Assembly (NCBI GenBank): GCA_963786955.1
Contig: CAWBAT010000009.1
Coordinates: 32,001 to 96,000, forward strand
Length of the DNA stretch: 64,000 nucleotides
Origin: an uncultured Acidimicrobiia bacterium
GTDB lineage: Bacteria; Acidobacteriota; Terriglobia; Versatilivoradales; Versatilivoraceae
Direction of reading: 5' to 3'
Positions within the stretch are counted from its first letter, which is position 1. Every line of letters starts with the position of its first letter. The translations under genes were made by a program, and so were the position numbers. The notes under the pieces are model-generated. The model did no database searches and was not told the origin of the DNA. It was given only the letters and a program-made list of their open reading frames with translations. Below are positions 1 to 10,224 of the stretch, in pieces.

Positions 1-26
1 ACATGAAAAGAATGAATCTTGGGCAT
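1..26 (-). CDS. 5' end of an unidentified gene running off the left edge (MPKIHSFH...)
   Basis: Minus strand reads GGAGA (RBS-like), a short spacer, then ATG at 26; frame open to the window edge. Too short to identify. Confidence 0.4.
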
Positions 27-336
27 AGTATTTCTCCTGGACAGCGTCAGCGATCTTCATTTGTGGCATAAGCAATAATGCGCCCGCAAAACACTTAAAC
101 ACTTTACCCCATTCCCCCATTTGATAAGCGATCATTCTTGGCGCCCTCATTATAACGATTGCCTGCAATATATTGAAAGGCAACGACTTTCTTAATGATA
201 GGATAAGCCTGAGTCGGGCTGAACGCCAGGGCACAAATCCGTCTCGATTGATTGATCTAATTCCTAGGGTATAGACTGCAGACTTTTTTTTCATCATACT
301 AACGTTGATACCCAGTCGAAAGAAATTCAAATTGCC

Positions 337-960
337 ATGCGAACCCTTCCGCAATATTCTGAACTCACCTTACTTCAACCGAGTTCGGGCTATCGATTCA
401 GTGCAGATTCTGTCTATTTGGCCGATTTCGTTCAGATATTCCCTCAAGACACTTTAGTCGATTTGTGCACTGGTGTTGGAGTCGTGCCTCTCTTAGTCCG
501 GCAACGCTGCCATTTCAAGCAAGCTGTTGGCATTGAGTTACAAGACGAACTTTTCCAAATCGCTCGCCACAATATTGCAGCCAATCAATTGGAAGAACAG
601 ATTCATATTTTGCAGGCCGATGTCCGAACGATCACCTCTGCGAAAATACGCGAACTGACAGCATTTGAATCCCCGGAATATTTTGACGTAATCTCCGTCA
701 ACCCACCTTATTTTCGCCGTGGCGAAGGGAAACTAAATACTAATTGTCAAAAATCAATCGCCCGCCACGAAATCACCCTCACCCTTCCGGAATTATTGGC
801 CACTTGTCGGAGAATTCTCCACACGGATGGTCGACTGCATCTCGCTCATCGTCGCTCAAGAGAAGCCGAGATCCTACAAGAATTAGAAGCCCACGGATTC
901 CAACATGTTGAACGCCGTGTCGTCCTTGGCGATCTTTTACTACTCGAGTCCAGATCGTAA
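337..960 (+). CDS. tRNA1(Val) A37 N6-methyltransferase-like (TrmN6/YfiC family) SAM-dependent methyltransferase
   Basis: GYRFSADS N-terminal motif, VDLCTGVG SAM-binding motif, NPPY amino-methyltransferase motif, ARHE motif. Confidence 0.8.
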   Translation: MRTLPQYSELTLLQPSSGYRFSADSVYLADFVQIFPQDTLVDLCTGVGVVPLLVRQRCHFKQAVGIELQDELFQIARHNIAANQLEEQIHILQADVRTITSAKIRELTAFESPEYFDVISVNPPYFRRGEGKLNTNCQKSIARHEITLTLPELLATCRRILHTDGRLHLAHRRSREAEILQELEAHGFQHVERRVVLGDLLLLESRS

Positions 961-1179
961 CATCTAACCTGTTTATGACGGGACAGGCTTTTTACTGATC
1001 CCCTTAGGTTGTCATCTGCCTATTTTCAACCTATACTGAAAGTGCGTTCCTGACCTGACTGCGACTAGATTTGCTGGCGTTACTTGAAGCCCGGATTTAC
1101 GGCAGCCTGATTCTTTCAAATTTTCCTCGTGATGGCAGAATGCCGGGAAAAGCCTAAAGTCGATAACCTTGATTACCGC

Positions 1180-1995
1180 ATGCCCCGATTAAGAAATGCC
1201 CTGAGCCTATCCGGGCTGGCGATGGCTTGTGTTCTCATGGTCTCTTTGGCACAGACCGGCCAGCTGCCAATGCGCCCGTCTCCCAGCCAACGCGCAATTC
1301 GGATTGATCTTCAGGACTCTGGCGTGAATCTTCATGAGCCCCACAAAGAGTTTAGCTTCGCCCGTCTCGTGTATAGCGGCGGTACCGGTTGGAGATCCGG
1401 GGCCTGGGCCACTGATTCTCCCAAAGCCGACATCACCTTTATCGCCGGCGTCAAGCGGCTCACAAACCTTGACGTGAGGGAATCCCAGTTCTTCATCCCT
1501 CTCACTTCTCAAGAAATCTTCAAATACCCTTTTCTCTATGCGGTCGAAGTAGGATATCTGGAATTGTCGCGGGAGGAGGCTGACATCTTGAGGGAATACC
1601 TTCTCAGGGGAGGGTTCTTCGTCGTCGACGATTTTCATGGGACAAAAGAATGGTCCCACTTCGAAGAACAGCTTCGAAAAGTCTTTCCAAATTGTAAGAT
1701 CGAAGAAATTCCATCCACCCATCCAATCTTCCATTGTTTCTTCGATATCAATGAATTGATCCAAGTCCCTGGTGCGCAAATGCTCTATTCGGGGAGAACC
1801 TATGAGAAAGATGGCGTGGTGCCTCATTTTCGAGGTGTGTTGGATGAAAATGGCCGGATCATGGTCATGATCAATTTCAATTCGGATTTAGGAGATGCGT
1901 GGGAGTGGGCCGACGTCCCGTATTATCCGGAGAAGTATGCTACCGCGGCCTACCGACTCGGGATTAATTACATTATCTATTCCATGTCGCACTAA
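1180..1995 (+). CDS. DUF4159 domain-containing exported protein
   Basis: Signal-peptide-like N-terminus from ATG 1180; motifs FARLVY, WATDSPKAD, YPFLY, LREYLLRGGFFVVDDF, DLGDAWE, AYRLGINYIIYSM typical of DUF4159; MoxR-cluster context. Confidence 0.8.
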   Translation: MPRLRNALSLSGLAMACVLMVSLAQTGQLPMRPSPSQRAIRIDLQDSGVNLHEPHKEFSFARLVYSGGTGWRSGAWATDSPKADITFIAGVKRLTNLDVRESQFFIPLTSQEIFKYPFLYAVEVGYLELSREEADILREYLLRGGFFVVDDFHGTKEWSHFEEQLRKVFPNCKIEEIPSTHPIFHCFFDINELIQVPGAQMLYSGRTYEKDGVVPHFRGVLDENGRIMVMINFNSDLGDAWEWADVPYYPEKYATAAYRLGINYIIYSMSH

Positions 1996-4278
1996 ATGAA
2001 TGCTCTTTTCCAGTCATTTTTCAAATACAGCTGGCAGGCCTATCGAAAAGGGCACTTGGGTTTTGACACGGCTCTGCCTTCTATTATCCTCATTGTCCTG
2101 GGCTCGTTGATTCTGGGAGTGGGGTTCTTCTCCTACAGAAAGCGCCCGCGAAACCTCCCAGAGGAAAAGAATTTTTCGGTCTACCGGGGCATTCTCATTT
2201 TTCTCCGGACCGCCGCATTGTTCCTTATCTTTGGCATCTTGGCCCGCCCAGTATTACGCGTATCCACATTACTACCGCGCGAGAATATCGTTGTCCTGCT
2301 GTTTGATGATTCCCGAAGCATGACCCTTCCGGATGAAAAAGGACTACCGCGCCTCACCGCTGTCAAGAACTTTTTGGCTCATTCGCATTTTCTGGATGAC
2401 GTCGGCAACCGGTTTCGATTCCGACTTTTAAAATTTGCGCAGGAAGTCGAGGGAGTCGATTCCTTCAACGCTCTCGACGGGAAAGGAGACCTCACCCGGC
2501 TGGATAATGCTCTGAGTCGCGTGCTGCTCGAATTTGAAAATGAACCCCTTGCCGCCGTTGTCCTCTTCAGTGATGGCGCGGACAATGCCTCACAGTCGTT
2601 CAGCCCGGTGATGCAGCGCTATCAGGCGCGACGAATCCCGCTTTATGCCTGTGGCATCGGCCGGACGACGATGGGCCCAGATGTTGAGGTTCTTCATGTG
2701 ACCCCGGTCAGGAAAGCTTTGCCTGAATCGATTGTCTCAACCGATGTGACCTTGCGGTCGAATGGTTATGACAGCAAAACAGTCCATCTTGAACTAAGGG
2801 AGGACAGACGACTTGTTCAGACCAAGGAGGTCAAACTCAGCGGTCATCAGGAGCCTCAGTCAGTCAATATTCATTTTGCGGTGGCCGGAAAAGGTTTAAA
2901 ACAATACACGGTTTCCATCGACCGACTTCCAGGTGAAGCCAATCCAGCCAATAATTCGCAGCACTTTCTTCTCGACGTCGATGATTCGAAACCCTCAATT
3001 CTCTATTTGGAAGGAACCCCTCGCTGGGAATTTAAGTTCATTCGCCAGGCCGTGGCTCAGGACAAGAATCTTCAGTTGATGAGCCTATTGAGGACCTCCG
3101 GCAACAAATTTTACCGCCAAGGGATTGCCTCAGAAGCTAACCTGGCCGCAGGATTTCCGAGCACCCGTGAGGAACTCTTCCAATATAAGGGACTGATCTT
3201 CGGAAGTGTTGAATCTTCTTTCTTTTCAAAAGAACAACTCACATTGGTCGCAGAATTCGTAGCCAAACGAGGCGGTGGATTTATGATGTTGGGAGGGAAA
3301 CATTCTTTTGATGAAGGAAAGTTTTCCAATTCACCGATTGCGGATATTTTGCCGGTTGTCCTTGGAGGCAGCGAACCGGGAAAGTCGTATGTGATGGAGC
3401 CGATCAAGCTACAGCTCACCGATTATGGAAGATCCCATCCGCTGACTCAGCTCAGTTCGGAAGAAGTCCAAAGTGAACAAAAATGGAAAACACTCCCGGA
3501 TATTGAGGAATTTAACTGGGTTAGAGAAGCCAAACCCGGTGCCCTGGTTCTGGCAACGGGGAATTCCACACGGGGAAAGGCTATTCTCCTCGCGCTTCAA
3601 AGATATGGACGCGGACGGACCATGGCCTTTACACCGTCCGATTCATGGCTGTGGCAAATGGAAAGGCCTCATGAAGACAATACGTATGAAACTTTCTGGA
3701 GGCAAGGGCTCCGGTGGCTTGTCAATTCCAGCCCGGATCTGATTAACCTGGAATTGGAAAAGACCTCTTTTTTCCACCAAGAAATCATTCCGCTGACCGT
3801 CCAAGTCTATGATCGTGAGTACAATCCCGTTAACGATGCTTCAGTCGTCGCGACGATCATTCAGCCACAGGGAAGTCCGGCAGCTGTTCCGTTGCGTCGG
3901 CTACCCGATCAAGAGGGGCGCTATGCTGCAGAGTTTGTTCCGGGTGAGCCTGGCATTTTCAAGATCCAACTGGCTGCAACCCGCAATGGGTTCAATTTGG
4001 GTTCGGCAGAGGAGCATTTTTCAGTCACCCCGGATAGCCTTGAGCTCTATGATGCCGCTCAAAACAAGGAGCTCCTGAAAAGACTTTCGAAGGACACTGG
4101 TGGACGTTACTACACTCTCGCAAATGCCTCTCAGATTCCGGAAGAAATGACTTATATCGAGCGTCCGAATTCCCTGCCCCACACCTTACCCCTGTGGGAC
4201 GTACCCGCACTCTTTCTGACCCTATGCTTCTTGCTCATTTCAGAATGGAGTATCAGAAAACAAATGCGATTGTCATGA
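1996..4278 (+). CDS. Membrane protein with vWA-like and glutamine amidotransferase-like (DUF1355-type) domains
   Basis: N-terminal TM helices, MIDAS-like LLFDDSRSM, LFSDG, FVAKRGGGFMMLGG, YGRGR, FWRQGLRWL, C-terminal TM ending EWSIRK. Confidence 0.75.
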   Translation: MNALFQSFFKYSWQAYRKGHLGFDTALPSIILIVLGSLILGVGFFSYRKRPRNLPEEKNFSVYRGILIFLRTAALFLIFGILARPVLRVSTLLPRENIVVLLFDDSRSMTLPDEKGLPRLTAVKNFLAHSHFLDDVGNRFRFRLLKFAQEVEGVDSFNALDGKGDLTRLDNALSRVLLEFENEPLAAVVLFSDGADNASQSFSPVMQRYQARRIPLYACGIGRTTMGPDVEVLHVTPVRKALPESIVSTDVTLRSNGYDSKTVHLELREDRRLVQTKEVKLSGHQEPQSVNIHFAVAGKGLKQYTVSIDRLPGEANPANNSQHFLLDVDDSKPSILYLEGTPRWEFKFIRQAVAQDKNLQLMSLLRTSGNKFYRQGIASEANLAAGFPSTREELFQYKGLIFGSVESSFFSKEQLTLVAEFVAKRGGGFMMLGGKHSFDEGKFSNSPIADILPVVLGGSEPGKSYVMEPIKLQLTDYGRSHPLTQLSSEEVQSEQKWKTLPDIEEFNWVREAKPGALVLATGNSTRGKAILLALQRYGRGRTMAFTPSDSWLWQMERPHEDNTYETFWRQGLRWLVNSSPDLINLELEKTSFFHQEIIPLTVQVYDREYNPVNDASVVATIIQPQGSPAAVPLRRLPDQEGRYAAEFVPGEPGIFKIQLAATRNGFNLGSAEEHFSVTPDSLELYDAAQNKELLKRLSKDTGGRYYTLANASQIPEEMTYIERPNSLPHTLPLWDVPALFLTLCFLLISEWSIRKQMRLS

Positions 4279-5393
4279 AGAAAAGCTGTTACTTTGAAGA
4301 AACTTTTGCAGATGGGAGCGCCCAATTCAGAGCAACCTGTCGCAAATTCGCGGCGGGCCTGCGACGGCAGACCTGGAGGAAGCTCTGGCGCTATCGTATC
4401 GGCATCTTGCTCTGGTTCAGTCTCGCTCCGTATTTAGCCTTCGCCCAGCCTGAACATTTTGCGCTGCTCGTGACAGGAGCTTCCGGCAACGACGAGTCAC
4501 ACGACAAGTTTTCGAAATGGTCAACGCAGCTCCTCGAAATATTACAAAAAGATTTGCTGTATCCTCGTGACCATATTTATTTCTTGACCGAGACCCCCGA
4601 CCCCAACTCATTGGCTCCCAAGTTCAGCGCCACAAAGACCCAGCTTGCCAGGACTTTCGATGAACTCCGGGCGCGCTTGAAAAAGGGTGATCTGCTCTTC
4701 ATCGTCCTTTTGGGACATGCTAGCTTTGACGGGATGGATTACAAATTCAATTTGGTCGGACCGGATTTGACCGGTGCTGAATTGAGATTCTGGCTCGACC
4801 GATTTAGCCTCCAAACTCTGGCAATCGTCGCTGCAACGCCTTGCAGTGGTATATTGTCGCGGCAACTCAGCCTCAACAATCGAATGTTAATCACCGCCAC
4901 CAAAAGCGAGTTCGAGAATAACAACATCATTTTCCCCGAATTCTTGATTGAGGCTCTCAAAGATAAGAATGCCGATCGTGACAAAAATCTGCATGTTTCG
5001 TTTCTTGAGGCTTTCCTCTTTTCGTCGCAAAAGACCGCATCCTGGTATAAAGAACGGGGCTTGCTAGCTACTGAACATCCCACTCTTGAAGATAACGGGA
5101 GTCAAACACCTGCCACAGAACTTTCACTTTCAAACCCAGATGGATTGCAAGCCGCATATTGTTTCTTGGATCATCCCATTGCCGAACCGAAGCCCACAAG
5201 TACGACTGCCATCGCCAATGCGGAGCTCGACGCCCTGGATCGGCAGAGACGCCGCACGGAAGAATTAATCCGCGAGCTTAAGAACAAGAAGGCGACTCTT
5301 GCAGAAGCGGAGTATTTAAAGCAGCTTGAAACTTTGCTGATTCAACTTGCGAAGATCACCCAGAAAGTCCGGGATCTAGAGAAAAAGAAATAG
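4275..5393 (+). CDS. Hypothetical exported protein with caspase/legumain (C13/C14)-like fold and C-terminal coiled coil
   Basis: ATGA overlap with the upstream stop; FALLVTG strand, LFIVLLGH, PCSG, LITAT, EF-hand-like DRDKNLHVS. Confidence 0.6.
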   Translation: MKKSCYFEETFADGSAQFRATCRKFAAGLRRQTWRKLWRYRIGILLWFSLAPYLAFAQPEHFALLVTGASGNDESHDKFSKWSTQLLEILQKDLLYPRDHIYFLTETPDPNSLAPKFSATKTQLARTFDELRARLKKGDLLFIVLLGHASFDGMDYKFNLVGPDLTGAELRFWLDRFSLQTLAIVAATPCSGILSRQLSLNNRMLITATKSEFENNNIIFPEFLIEALKDKNADRDKNLHVSFLEAFLFSSQKTASWYKERGLLATEHPTLEDNGSQTPATELSLSNPDGLQAAYCFLDHPIAEPKPTSTTAIANAELDALDRQRRRTEELIRELKNKKATLAEAEYLKQLETLLIQLAKITQKVRDLEKKK

Positions 5394-5397
5394 ACTG

Positions 5398-8028
5398 ATG
5401 CGAGCATTTTTTCTGGACATATTTCTGTTGTTGTTTGCCTTCCCGTTTCAAGTTGCAAACCGCCCCCCCGAGACGGATCTGTCGGCTGCCTTTAGTCTGA
5501 AAAGTCAGGGTAAATACCAGGAAGCCGCCGGGATTTTTGAAAGATTTGTATCGGGGCCTGATTCCGCACCCGGGAGTGCAGCCCGGGAAGGGTGGTTAGA
5601 GTGTTTATGGATGAGTGGCCATTATGCAAAGGTCATTGAACTTGGTTCTCTATTTGAGCAGGAATCTCCTGGCGACTCCCGAATTCAGCTGATCGTGGCC
5701 AAGGCTTTTCAGAGTCAGGGGCAAAATAGTGTGGCTGAATCTTTTTTCCGAAAGGCTGCTAAGGCGCCAAGTCCCTTCGGATTTAAGGCACAAGTAGAAC
5801 TGGCTCTGCATCTTAGATCGGTCGGAAAGCAGGCAGAATGCCAGGCTCTTTTTTCGGTAATTTTGGCAGCTCTGAACGACCGAGGGAATAACCCCGTGGG
5901 ATTGACGGCCGTCGTTCTCCAAAATCTGGACCGATATCGCGAGGCAGATTTCTTCTTCAAAAAGGCCACTGCAAATAACCCGATGGATTGGGATACTTGG
6001 ATCGCCTGGGGTGACCTCTACCTGGAAAAATACAACCCGACGGATGCTGCGACAATTTTTTCTGATGTGCTCAAACAGAATTCGAGTCATCCGGATGCCC
6101 TCGTGGGCCTGTCTTTGTCGATGAGCGAAGGCCAGGCACAGGAAGTCGATCAAATTCTGGAGCGGGCACTTCAGGTCAATCCGAATTTTGCAAAGGCGTA
6201 CGCGGTGAGAGCTCACTTTCGCATTCAAGCTGAAAATTACCTTGGAGCTGAGAGCGATTTGAACCAATGCTTCGCCGTAAATCCCAATTCGTTAAAGGGA
6301 CTCGTGTCACAGGCCGTCTTATCCTTTGCCAAGGATGACCTTGCAAACGTAAAGGCGACTCTTGACCGAGTTTTCGATATCAATCCTTCTTACGGAGAAG
6401 TCTATGAAGCCCTTGGGCATTTCTGTGTGACCCAACACTCATACGAAGAAGCGGTTCAGTTCTTCCAAAAGGCAATTCAGAGACAGCCTCGTCTCTGGAC
6501 CGCCTATGCAGCGCTTGGCGTCAACTTACTTCGGACCGGTGATGAACTTCAGGCCAGAACAATCCTGGAGCTGGCTTTTAAGAATGACCCCTACAATCTA
6601 TGGGCCTTCAACACCCTCAAGTTGCTGGACAGCCACGCCAATTTTGATTCTTTCCGAAGCTCCCACTTCATTTTGCGACTCCAGAAGAAAGAAGCTGCGC
6701 TCCTGGAGCTTTATGTCCCCCAACTCTTAGAGCAGGCCTATCAGAGCCTGTCGGGAAAATACAGGTTTACCCCACCCACAGGGATTTATCTTGATATGTA
6801 CCCCGATCATGAGGACTTTGCCGTTCGAGCTCTCGGTGTGCCCGGTTTGGGAGCATTGGGCGTCTGTTTTGGCACCGGAATCGTTATGGACTCTCCAAGT
6901 GCCCGCCCCAAAGGAGGTTTCAACTGGGGAAGCACGCTTTGGCATGAATTTGCGCATATTATTACCATGGGGCTTACCGAACACCATGTTCCCCGTTGGC
7001 TCACTGAGGGCATATCCGTAATGGAGGAAAAAGAGGCAAAACCAGGCTGGGGAGGCGACGTGAATCTTGAGGTCATCAAGGCCATTCAAGGCGGAAAAAT
7101 TCTTCCAATTACTAAACTTGATTCCGGCTTTCTGCGGCCGAATTTTCCGGGTCAAGTCCAACTTTCCTACTTCCAAGCTGGTGAGGTCTGTCAAATGATT
7201 GCGCAAGACTTCGGGCTCAGTGCGCTCCAGCAAATGTTGCAGCGTTTCAAGGTTAAAGTGACACTCCCGGAAGTTTTAAACGAAGTCTTACAACTCAGCC
7301 CTGAAGCGTTTGACTCAAAATTCTCTGCCTTTCTCCGCTCACGTTATGGAAGAGCAGTGAAGGGAATCGATTTCTCACTCCAAAGTGAAAACCCAATGCC
7401 AAATGATCCAGACAGACTCAAGGCTATCCTGCAACGGCAACCGGATAATTTCTTTGCCAACCTCAGTCTGGCAAGCTATTATCGCCGGCAAAAGGAATAT
7501 GACCGTGCTATTCCCTGTTTGACTGCGGCTAAGGCGGTTTTTCCAAATTATGTCGACGACGAAAACCCATACAAACAACTCAGTCAAATCTACGCTGAGA
7601 AAGGGTTATTGCCAGAAGCCATCGGTGAACTGCTGGCCCTTGCCCAAAGAAGCGACAGGGACTTCGATTCTTTCAAGCAGTTGGCCACATGGCTGATCCA
7701 GAGCAATAGACAAGAAGAAGCCAAAGAAATATTAGAACGCACGATCTATATTGATCCATTTGATTCCGTGACCCATCAGAACCTGGCTGAACTTTCTTTC
7801 AGACAGGGCGACTTCGCTGTCGCTTTGCGTGAATATCGTGCCCTGCTCTTTCTCAGTCCGGAGGACCCAGCGAAAGCTCATTTCAATGTCGCGAAAGTTT
7901 TGCTGGAGATGGGACAACGACCAGAGGCCAGGAAGGAAATTCTGCAATCGCTTGAAATTGCTCCCAGTTATGATCCGGCTCTCGATCTTTTACTGAGGAC
8001 ATCGGACTCGACCGACCGGAACCATTAA
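5398..8028 (+). CDS. TPR-repeat protein with central zinc metallopeptidase (peptidase MA/gluzincin-like) domain
   Basis: Signal peptide, many TPR-like repeats, WHEFAH (HExxH) followed by PRWLTEG. Confidence 0.8.
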   Translation: MRAFFLDIFLLLFAFPFQVANRPPETDLSAAFSLKSQGKYQEAAGIFERFVSGPDSAPGSAAREGWLECLWMSGHYAKVIELGSLFEQESPGDSRIQLIVAKAFQSQGQNSVAESFFRKAAKAPSPFGFKAQVELALHLRSVGKQAECQALFSVILAALNDRGNNPVGLTAVVLQNLDRYREADFFFKKATANNPMDWDTWIAWGDLYLEKYNPTDAATIFSDVLKQNSSHPDALVGLSLSMSEGQAQEVDQILERALQVNPNFAKAYAVRAHFRIQAENYLGAESDLNQCFAVNPNSLKGLVSQAVLSFAKDDLANVKATLDRVFDINPSYGEVYEALGHFCVTQHSYEEAVQFFQKAIQRQPRLWTAYAALGVNLLRTGDELQARTILELAFKNDPYNLWAFNTLKLLDSHANFDSFRSSHFILRLQKKEAALLELYVPQLLEQAYQSLSGKYRFTPPTGIYLDMYPDHEDFAVRALGVPGLGALGVCFGTGIVMDSPSARPKGGFNWGSTLWHEFAHIITMGLTEHHVPRWLTEGISVMEEKEAKPGWGGDVNLEVIKAIQGGKILPITKLDSGFLRPNFPGQVQLSYFQAGEVCQMIAQDFGLSALQQMLQRFKVKVTLPEVLNEVLQLSPEAFDSKFSAFLRSRYGRAVKGIDFSLQSENPMPNDPDRLKAILQRQPDNFFANLSLASYYRRQKEYDRAIPCLTAAKAVFPNYVDDENPYKQLSQIYAEKGLLPEAIGELLALAQRSDRDFDSFKQLATWLIQSNRQEEAKEILERTIYIDPFDSVTHQNLAELSFRQGDFAVALREYRALLFLSPEDPAKAHFNVAKVLLEMGQRPEARKEILQSLEIAPSYDPALDLLLRTSDSTDRNH

Positions 8029-8105
8029 ATGAGCGGGAGTAAGCATTTGCCACCTCTTAGAGCCGCGGAAGAATTCAAGCTGTCCGATTGATTTTATCAA
8101 ACCTT

Positions 8106-9164
8106 ATGGCAGATTTTCCCGAATCCAAAATATTCCATCCTGAACGCGATTCAACTTCACTTTCGGACGTTCCAGTCTTGGAAAGACTCAAAGCCAGCCA
8201 CAAGCAGATCCTGAACCAGATTCGCAAAGTGATTATTGGACAGGAACTCGTCGTGGAGCAGGTTCTGATCTCCCTCCTTGTCGGAGGACATTCCATCATC
8301 ACCGGGGTTCCAGGCCTCGCGAAAACTCTCTTAATCAAGACATTAGCCAGTGTGCTCGATTTGGAGTTCAAGCGCATTCAGTTCACGCCTGACTTGATGC
8401 CCGCCGATATCATGGGAACCGAGATCATCGAGGAAAATCATACGACGGGCCACCGGACAATGGTATTTGTCAAAGGGCCCATTTTCACGAATATTCTCCT
8501 TGCCGACGAAATCAACCGTACGCCTCCTAAAACCCAGTCTGCACTGCTCGAAGCAATGCAGGAGTTCAGTGCCACAGTGCAAGGCGTAACCTACAAACTA
8601 GACAGACCCTTCTTCGTGCTGGCGACGCAAAATCCAATCGAATTGGAAGGGACGTACCCTCTCCCGGAAGCACAGCTCGATCGCTTTATGTTCAATATCA
8701 TCATGGACTACCTTTCCGAGGAGGAGGAGATCCAGGTCGTCCAATCCACTACAGGAATTTATCAGGCGGATCTTGAACCGGTGGTTAGCGGTAAGGAGAT
8801 TCTCGATTTTCAACAGTTGATCCGCCAAGTTCCCGTTGCAGAATCCGTGATTCGATATGCGGTCAATCTAGTTCGTGCCTCACGCCCGAAGGACCCGACG
8901 GCACCAGAGTTTATCCGGTCCTGGGTAAATTACGGAGCCAGCTTAAGAGCATCCCAATATCTGATCTTGGGAAGCAAGGCCCGGGCCATTCTGCGTGGAC
9001 GTTATAACGTCTCAGTCGAAGATATCCGTAGCCTGGCACCCGCTGTTCTTCGGCACCGAATTCTCACAAACTTTCAGGCGGAGTCCGATCAAGTGGATTC
9101 CGACAAAGTGATCCAAAAGCTCCTCGACGCGGTCCCTGTTCCGAAAAGCGGGCTGAGTGTCTGA
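8106..9164 (+). CDS. moxR: MoxR family AAA+ ATPase
   Basis: GVPGLAKT Walker A, RIQFTPDLMPADI, LLADEINRTPPKTQSALLEAMQE, ATQNPIELEGTYPLPEAQLDRF. Confidence 0.95.
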   Translation: MADFPESKIFHPERDSTSLSDVPVLERLKASHKQILNQIRKVIIGQELVVEQVLISLLVGGHSIITGVPGLAKTLLIKTLASVLDLEFKRIQFTPDLMPADIMGTEIIEENHTTGHRTMVFVKGPIFTNILLADEINRTPPKTQSALLEAMQEFSATVQGVTYKLDRPFFVLATQNPIELEGTYPLPEAQLDRFMFNIIMDYLSEEEEIQVVQSTTGIYQADLEPVVSGKEILDFQQLIRQVPVAESVIRYAVNLVRASRPKDPTAPEFIRSWVNYGASLRASQYLILGSKARAILRGRYNVSVEDIRSLAPAVLRHRILTNFQAESDQVDSDKVIQKLLDAVPVPKSGLSV

Positions 9165-10122
9165 CGGTCCCACTCGGGCCGAAAGCCGCCGCTATTCATC
9201 GTTTATTAGCATGTCTCGACCAATTTCTCAGCACTCTCACTTGAGATTCTTGAAACCGGAGGTTCTGTGCCGCCTGGGTAATTTGGAACTCGTGGCTCGA
9301 ACGGTTGTCGAAGGATTTGTCGCCGGTCTTCACCGCTCTCCTTTTCTCGGATTTAGCGTTGATTTCGCCGAGTATCGCCAGTACATGCCGGGAGATGATA
9401 TCCGGAGAATCGACTGGAAAGTGTACGCCCGCTCGGACCGTCATTACGTTAAAGAGTACGAAGGAGAAACGAACACCTTTGTCTACCTGTTACTGGACGT
9501 GAGTGCCTCCATGTCATACTCATCAGTCCCAGTCCCGAAAATGGAATATGCCTCTTTCCTGGCCGCTTCTCTGGCTTATTTCGCGCAAAGACAAAAAGAT
9601 AGTGTGGGACTCGTTACATTCGATGAGGTAATTGTCGAAAAGATACCGGCACGCTGCCGCCAGGGACATCTAGCCAGAATCATGCATGCCTTGAACAAGG
9701 TAAAGCCCAAAGCTCAGTCAGAATTCACGCGACCACTGAACGCTATCGCTGAAAGTCTCCGGCGGCGCGGCATCGTTGTACTTATTTCAGACTTGCTGGC
9801 ACCCACGGAGGACATCATCCGTGGTCTCCATCAGCTCCGGCACAAAGGGAATGACCTGGTTGTTTTTCAAATTGTTGATCCTCAGGAAATGACCTTCGGC
9901 TTCAAGGGTCCGGGGCGGCTGGAGGATGTGGAAACGAAGCAGGTGATTTCATTTATTCCGGATCTTGGGCGAGAAGAGTATTTAAGAAGGCGGGAAGAGC
10001 ACGTGGCCAAGCTCAAGCACGCATGCGGCGCGCGAGGGATTGATTACCTACAACTGGATACCGGGCAACCGCTGGACTTCGCTCTCTACGAGTATCTTTC
10101 AACCCGGCGCAAGTCGCTGTAA
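9157..10122 (+). CDS. DUF58 domain-containing protein (vWA-like)
   Basis: GLHRSPFLGFSVDFAEYRQYMPGDDIRRIDWK and LLDVSASM; overlaps the moxR end. Confidence 0.92.
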   Translation: MSDGPTRAESRRYSSFISMSRPISQHSHLRFLKPEVLCRLGNLELVARTVVEGFVAGLHRSPFLGFSVDFAEYRQYMPGDDIRRIDWKVYARSDRHYVKEYEGETNTFVYLLLDVSASMSYSSVPVPKMEYASFLAASLAYFAQRQKDSVGLVTFDEVIVEKIPARCRQGHLARIMHALNKVKPKAQSEFTRPLNAIAESLRRRGIVVLISDLLAPTEDIIRGLHQLRHKGNDLVVFQIVDPQEMTFGFKGPGRLEDVETKQVISFIPDLGREEYLRRREEHVAKLKHACGARGIDYLQLDTGQPLDFALYEYLSTRRKSL

Positions 10123-10224
10123 ATGTCGCGACCCTCGTCAAGCAGACGACGGCCGCCAGGAACGGCTTCCCTCTATTCAACCCAAGGTAAATTCCATCCG
10201 GAACAAAGCCGATCCCTCCAGACG

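Noticed and set aside
1-1000. Somewhat AT-richer first kilobase as a contig junction or foreign DNA
   Set aside because: The difference is modest by eye, no junction mark is visible, and it cannot be quantified here.
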